Below are positions 60,061 to 64,000 of a stretch of DNA of 64,000 bases, piece by piece (position 1 is the stretch's first letter; every line of letters starts with the position of its first letter). The stretch lies in the NCBI GenBank assembly GCA_050613775.1, contig JBODTK010000129.1:124001-188000 (forward strand), read 5' to 3'. Made by a program: the position numbers and the translations under genes. This stretch comes from Neocallimastix sp. 'constans'. Its lineage: Eukaryota. The notes below the pieces were generated by a model. The model searched no databases, was not told the origin of the DNA, and worked only from the letters and a program-made list of their open reading frames with translations.

Positions 60061-63000
60061 CTATATTGTAGCTGAGTTATATTTTACTATATTTTTGAGG
60101 TGTACATTCCGATTTAATAATATTCCTGAATTTGGATCAGCTAACGTAACTGTATTAAACTTTTTCTTGATTACTTTTAAAGGTCCATTAAAATAAGGTT
60201 CTAGTTTAGTTCTACTAAAGTTTCTAACTAGGACTAAATCTCCCTCCTTGATTTCCTTAGCCTGATTCATACTTTGTTTTTCTTCTCGTCTAACAGCCCA
60301 ATATTTATTTGCATTTTTCACATTTTCTGATGCTTCTATGGTCCATCTATAATGAGATATAAACTTTTCCAATAGAATTTCATCAGAAGATTTATTTATA
60401 CCTTTAGTCGGTCTTGCAGCTATATCAAAAGGTTGTTGGTGTTCACGACCATAAACTAATTCAAAACTAGAATGGTTAGTAGTACTATTTTTAACAGTTC
60501 TTAAAGCCCAGAGAGCAGAGGGTAATACCTCATCCCAATCTTTATTTTTCGTCCCAAGCAATCTAAGGAGTTTACCAATTTCTTTATTACGATTTTCCGT
60601 AAGTCCATTAGATTCGGGATGATATGTTGTAACAAATTTTATATATACATCATATAGATCTAAAAATATTTTAGTCATATCTGATGTAAATTGGGCACCA
60701 TTATCGGTGGTAATTATTTGGGGAACTCCATGACGAGAAAATACGTTAATAAGGAACTTAATTACGTCTTTAGAAGTGATATTTTCAGTCGGTTCTGCTT
60801 CTACCCACTTAGTGAAATAATCAACAGCTACTATTATATATTGATTATTACTTCTAGTTTTAACCAGTGGACCGATAATGTCCAAACCAAGATGTACAAA
60901 AGGTCCTTCCACTTTAGTAGGTAGATTTTCTGTAGGCTCTGGATAAGGTTGTGGTCGATTTAATTGACATTTTTCACACTTACTGACAACACGTTTAACA
61001 TCATTCACCATGTCGTTCCAATAATAACTCTTACGTAAACGTTGATAAGTCTTATAATAACCATCGTGTCCAATATTATGAGCCTCTAATATTAATTTTA
61101 TTCTTTCATTAAGATCGGTTACTAATTTTCTATAATTGTTACCATCAATAAAGTAGTCAATACCATCAATAGTGGTGAATTTTTCATTGATAAAATCATG
61201 TATTACTTTGGATAATAAGGCTTCATTTTCATCATTCGTAATATCATGGTTAATTATTTTCGTAGCTAAAACTACATTTTCTTTATTATTTTTCATTCGG
61301 GATAGGGCATCAGCAAGCACATTCTTTTTACCGGTTTCATATCTAATGTCTACACCAAGCATACTAGCTGTCAAACACCATCTAGTTTGCCTTGCATTAT
61401 GTGGTTCCTTATTTTTGAACAACCCTAGTAACGGTTTATGGTCCGTATATACAATAGTTGGTATTGGATTTCCATCTATATACGGTTTTAATTTAGTTAT
61501 ACAATAATATAGGGCAGCACCTTCTAGGTCAGTTATACCATAATGCTTTTCTGCTCTGGTCAAACTTCTACTAATAAAGTGAATAGGGTGTTCTTTTCCA
61601 GTTTCATTATCTTTTTGTAATAACACACCTCCTATTCCATCATAAGAAGCATCGGTACGTATAATAAATTCTTTATCAAACTGAGGGAAACTTAATATGG
61701 GTGCATTTATTAGTTTTTCTTTCAGTACTTCAAACGATTTTTGGTGTTCACTAGTCCAAACATACTTCACACCTTTCCTTAATAATTTACACAAACACGC
61801 AGTAATTTGTGAATATTTATCGATGAAATTTCTATAGTATCCAACAGCTCCTAAAAATGAACGTAATTCATGGATGTCCTGAGGGGGTTTCCAATCTCTG
61901 ATAACCTCGATTTTACTATCAAGAGGTTTTAAGCCTTTAGTGGTTAATCTATGCCCCAAAACATTCACTTCTGTTTTCATGAAGTGACACTTTTCAATAT
62001 TAAGTTTTAATCTATTTTCTTTGAGTATGGATAAAACTTGTTGAATATGTTGGAGGTGTTCTTCAACTGTTTTAGAGTATATAAGTATATCATCGATAAA
62101 ATTATAAACACACTTTCCTATTAAAGGAAATAGGATTCTATTCATTTCTCTTTGAAAGGTTGCAGGAGCGTTGGTTAAACCAAATGGCATAACTTTAAAT
62201 TGGTAGTTACCAAACTTAGTGGTGAAAGTTGTTATACCAATACTTTCTTCCTCCATTAAAATTTGGTGATATCCAGAGTATAAGTCAATGGTAGTGAAGA
62301 TAGTTGCACCATTGAGACTATCAAAAATTTCATCAATGTATGGTATAGAATAAGAATCCTTTATAGTAGAATCATTAACCTTCCTATAATCTACACACAT
62401 ACGCCATTTCCCATTAGGCTTTGGTACTAGAACAATAGGCGAAGACCATTCAGAATTTGAAGGCTCAATTAACTTTTTATTAATTAACTTAGTTAATTCT
62501 TCCTTTAAAATATCTGTCTTTAATTTTGTTAGCCGATAAGCTCTTTGTTTTATAGGTTTGGTACCTGCTTTTAGATTTATTTTGTGTGGTGAAAGCAATG
62601 ATGGTGTTAATTCCTCAGACGACGTAGCAACAATTTCTATATTGTCCTCTAATAGGTGTATTATATCAGTTCTATATTTTTCATTTAGAGTATTCATAAA
62701 TATTGTATTATGTATATATTCCATAGGTGGTAATCCTTCTAATTTCTTTAATTCCCCACCAGCATATTTTTCCTTACTATTATCCTCAAGTAATTTGTTA
62801 ACACTACAAATATATTTTTCGTCAATTGCAGAATTATTTATTGGTGTAATAGAACTGATAGTACCATCCATGTTATATTTACATAAGCAATTATTTAAGG
62901 GATTAATAAATAATCTATTATCAACTATAGTTTTTAAATTAATTAGCATGTCATAAAATGGTTCCTCTTTTTCTACAATTCGGAAATCAATTAACAATGA

Positions 63001-64000
63001 AAGCTCATTAATTTTCACAGGTATCCTAACGACTATTCCTTCAGAGTATTCATCGTCTCTAGTGGCAAGCATTATTCTACCACAACTATGACCAACAACG
63101 GTATATTGGTATGGTAGAGAATTATAATATTTTTGTGACATAATATTTAAATTACTACACGTATCAATAAGTAATTTTCCAGATACACCATCAACAGAGG
63201 CATCTACCATTGCAATATCCTCCTCTGTTATTTCTGTACTTTTACTTTTATAGTTATGATCAACATTATTAACTAATGTTGTAGTAGCAACTACATTATT
63301 AATAGCGCCAACAACATTAGTGGTGGCTTTTACTAGTTTTAAACCTTGGGAAACTTGACTTCTTATTTTAGGCGCAGCATTCCAAAGCTGTCCAAAGGTA
63401 ATATTACACTTGGTATTGCTTAAATCATCCCATACATCATATTCCTTATAATTAGAAAGCATTTTAATAATTCGATTTACCCGAGGTATTTTCATACTAT
63501 TATTATTATCATTATTATTATTATTATTAATACCATCTGTATTAATTAATTTATTCAATATATTTTTATTATTCGTTACATGATTATTATCGATAATAGT
63601 TTCATTATTATTAATATTAATAGTATTATTATTATTAATATCATTTACGACTGGGGTTTTTCTAATAGTTCCGTTGTTTCTATTATTAGGATTACTAGTA
63701 TTATTATTATTATTTTTGTCTTTTTTTCTTTCTCTAGTTTGGTTAATTTCCCTTGGAGCTTCTACATTATCAACTTTTGAAGTTATTTCCTCTTTATTAG
63801 TAATTAAGTTTACATTAGACTGACTGGATGATGCAGTTTCGAATTCTTTAGAATTAGTACTAGATTTCAAAAATCTTTCTTTATCACGTATTGCTTTTTC
63901 AATTTTCTTTTCTTTATTGATATTTGGTTGCATAATTATTGATGTTTGCAACTGTTTCTTATGAGGTATCACCTCTTCAGTTTCCAATTCTCTTTCTTTT
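60061..64000 (-). CDS. pol: E7 Pol (PR-RT-RNaseH-IN), 5'-partial
   Basis: Frame open to the window edge; LIDTCS, FIDD, TDAS, HHCC and DDE motifs. Confidence 0.96.
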   Translation of the reverse strand, partial: KERELETEEVIPHKKQLQTSIIMQPNINKEKKIEKAIRDKERFLKSSTNSKEFETASSSQSNVNLITNKEEITSKVDNVEAPREINQTRERKKDKNNNNNTSNPNNRNNGTIRKTPVVNDINNNNTININNNETIIDNNHVTNNKNILNKLINTDGINNNNNNDNNNSMKIPRVNRIIKMLSNYKEYDVWDDLSNTKCNITFGQLWNAAPKIRSQVSQGLKLVKATTNVVGAINNVVATTTLVNNVDHNYKSKSTEITEEDIAMVDASVDGVSGKLLIDTCSNLNIMSQKYYNSLPYQYTVVGHSCGRIMLATRDDEYSEGIVVRIPVKINELSLLIDFRIVEKEEPFYDMLINLKTIVDNRLFINPLNNCLCKYNMDGTISSITPINNSAIDEKYICSVNKLLEDNSKEKYAGGELKKLEGLPPMEYIHNTIFMNTLNEKYRTDIIHLLEDNIEIVATSSEELTPSLLSPHKINLKAGTKPIKQRAYRLTKLKTDILKEELTKLINKKLIEPSNSEWSSPIVLVPKPNGKWRMCVDYRKVNDSTIKDSYSIPYIDEIFDSLNGATIFTTIDLYSGYHQILMEEESIGITTFTTKFGNYQFKVMPFGLTNAPATFQREMNRILFPLIGKCVYNFIDDILIYSKTVEEHLQHIQQVLSILKENRLKLNIEKCHFMKTEVNVLGHRLTTKGLKPLDSKIEVIRDWKPPQDIHELRSFLGAVGYYRNFIDKYSQITACLCKLLRKGVKYVWTSEHQKSFEVLKEKLINAPILSFPQFDKEFIIRTDASYDGIGGVLLQKDNETGKEHPIHFISRSLTRAEKHYGITDLEGAALYYCITKLKPYIDGNPIPTIVYTDHKPLLGLFKNKEPHNARQTRWCLTASMLGVDIRYETGKKNVLADALSRMKNNKENVVLATKIINHDITNDENEALLSKVIHDFINEKFTTIDGIDYFIDGNNYRKLVTDLNERIKLILEAHNIGHDGYYKTYQRLRKSYYWNDMVNDVKRVVSKCEKCQLNRPQPYPEPTENLPTKVEGPFVHLGLDIIGPLVKTRSNNQYIIVAVDYFTKWVEAEPTENITSKDVIKFLINVFSRHGVPQIITTDNGAQFTSDMTKIFLDLYDVYIKFVTTYHPESNGLTENRNKEIGKLLRLLGTKNKDWDEVLPSALWALRTVKNSTTNHSSFELVYGREHQQPFDIAARPTKGINKSSDEILLEKFISHYRWTIEASENVKNANKYWAVRREEKQSMNQAKEIKEGDLVLVRNFSRTKLEPYFNGPLKVIKKKFNTVTLADPNSGILLNRNVHLKNIVKYNSATI

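Larger units (their letters stand above)
58986..64000 (-). mobile_element. E7: Ty3/Gypsy element of the E1/E4/E5 group in inverted orientation; 5' part outside the window
   Basis: pol on the minus strand, then GGGGGCATCG|TGATAAAGAATG at 60037. LTR end inferred at 58986 from CGAACCATAACA, shared with the E5 LTR end. Confidence 0.9.

Overview
Extremely AT-rich eukaryotic DNA. Long AT deserts, homopolymer tracts, an Asn-rich protein and short GT-AG introns suggest an anaerobic gut fungus (Neocallimastigomycota); this is inference only. The first 23 kb hold one 3-exon host gene and a tRNA-Glu(CUC) gene on the minus strand (23050-23121). Starting 17 bp upstream of the tRNA, the rest of the window is a near-gapless head-to-tail stack of six different LTR retrotransposons. 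E1, E4 and E5 are intact Ty3/Gypsy elements, E2 and E3 are non-autonomous, and E6 is interrupted by a seventh, inverted element (E7). Their target-site duplications overlap and can be peeled back one by one to a single site 14-17 bp upstream of the tRNA, so the array records insertion order. The stack mixes tRNA-Ala-primed elements with 4-bp TSDs and a Tf1-like self-priming element with a 5-bp TSD. The elements share several cis-RNA structures supported by covariation: a -1 frameshift pseudoknot, a hairpin before an atypical PPT, U5-leader stems, tandem bulged hairpins, and large unassigned structured RNA modules shuffled between leaders.
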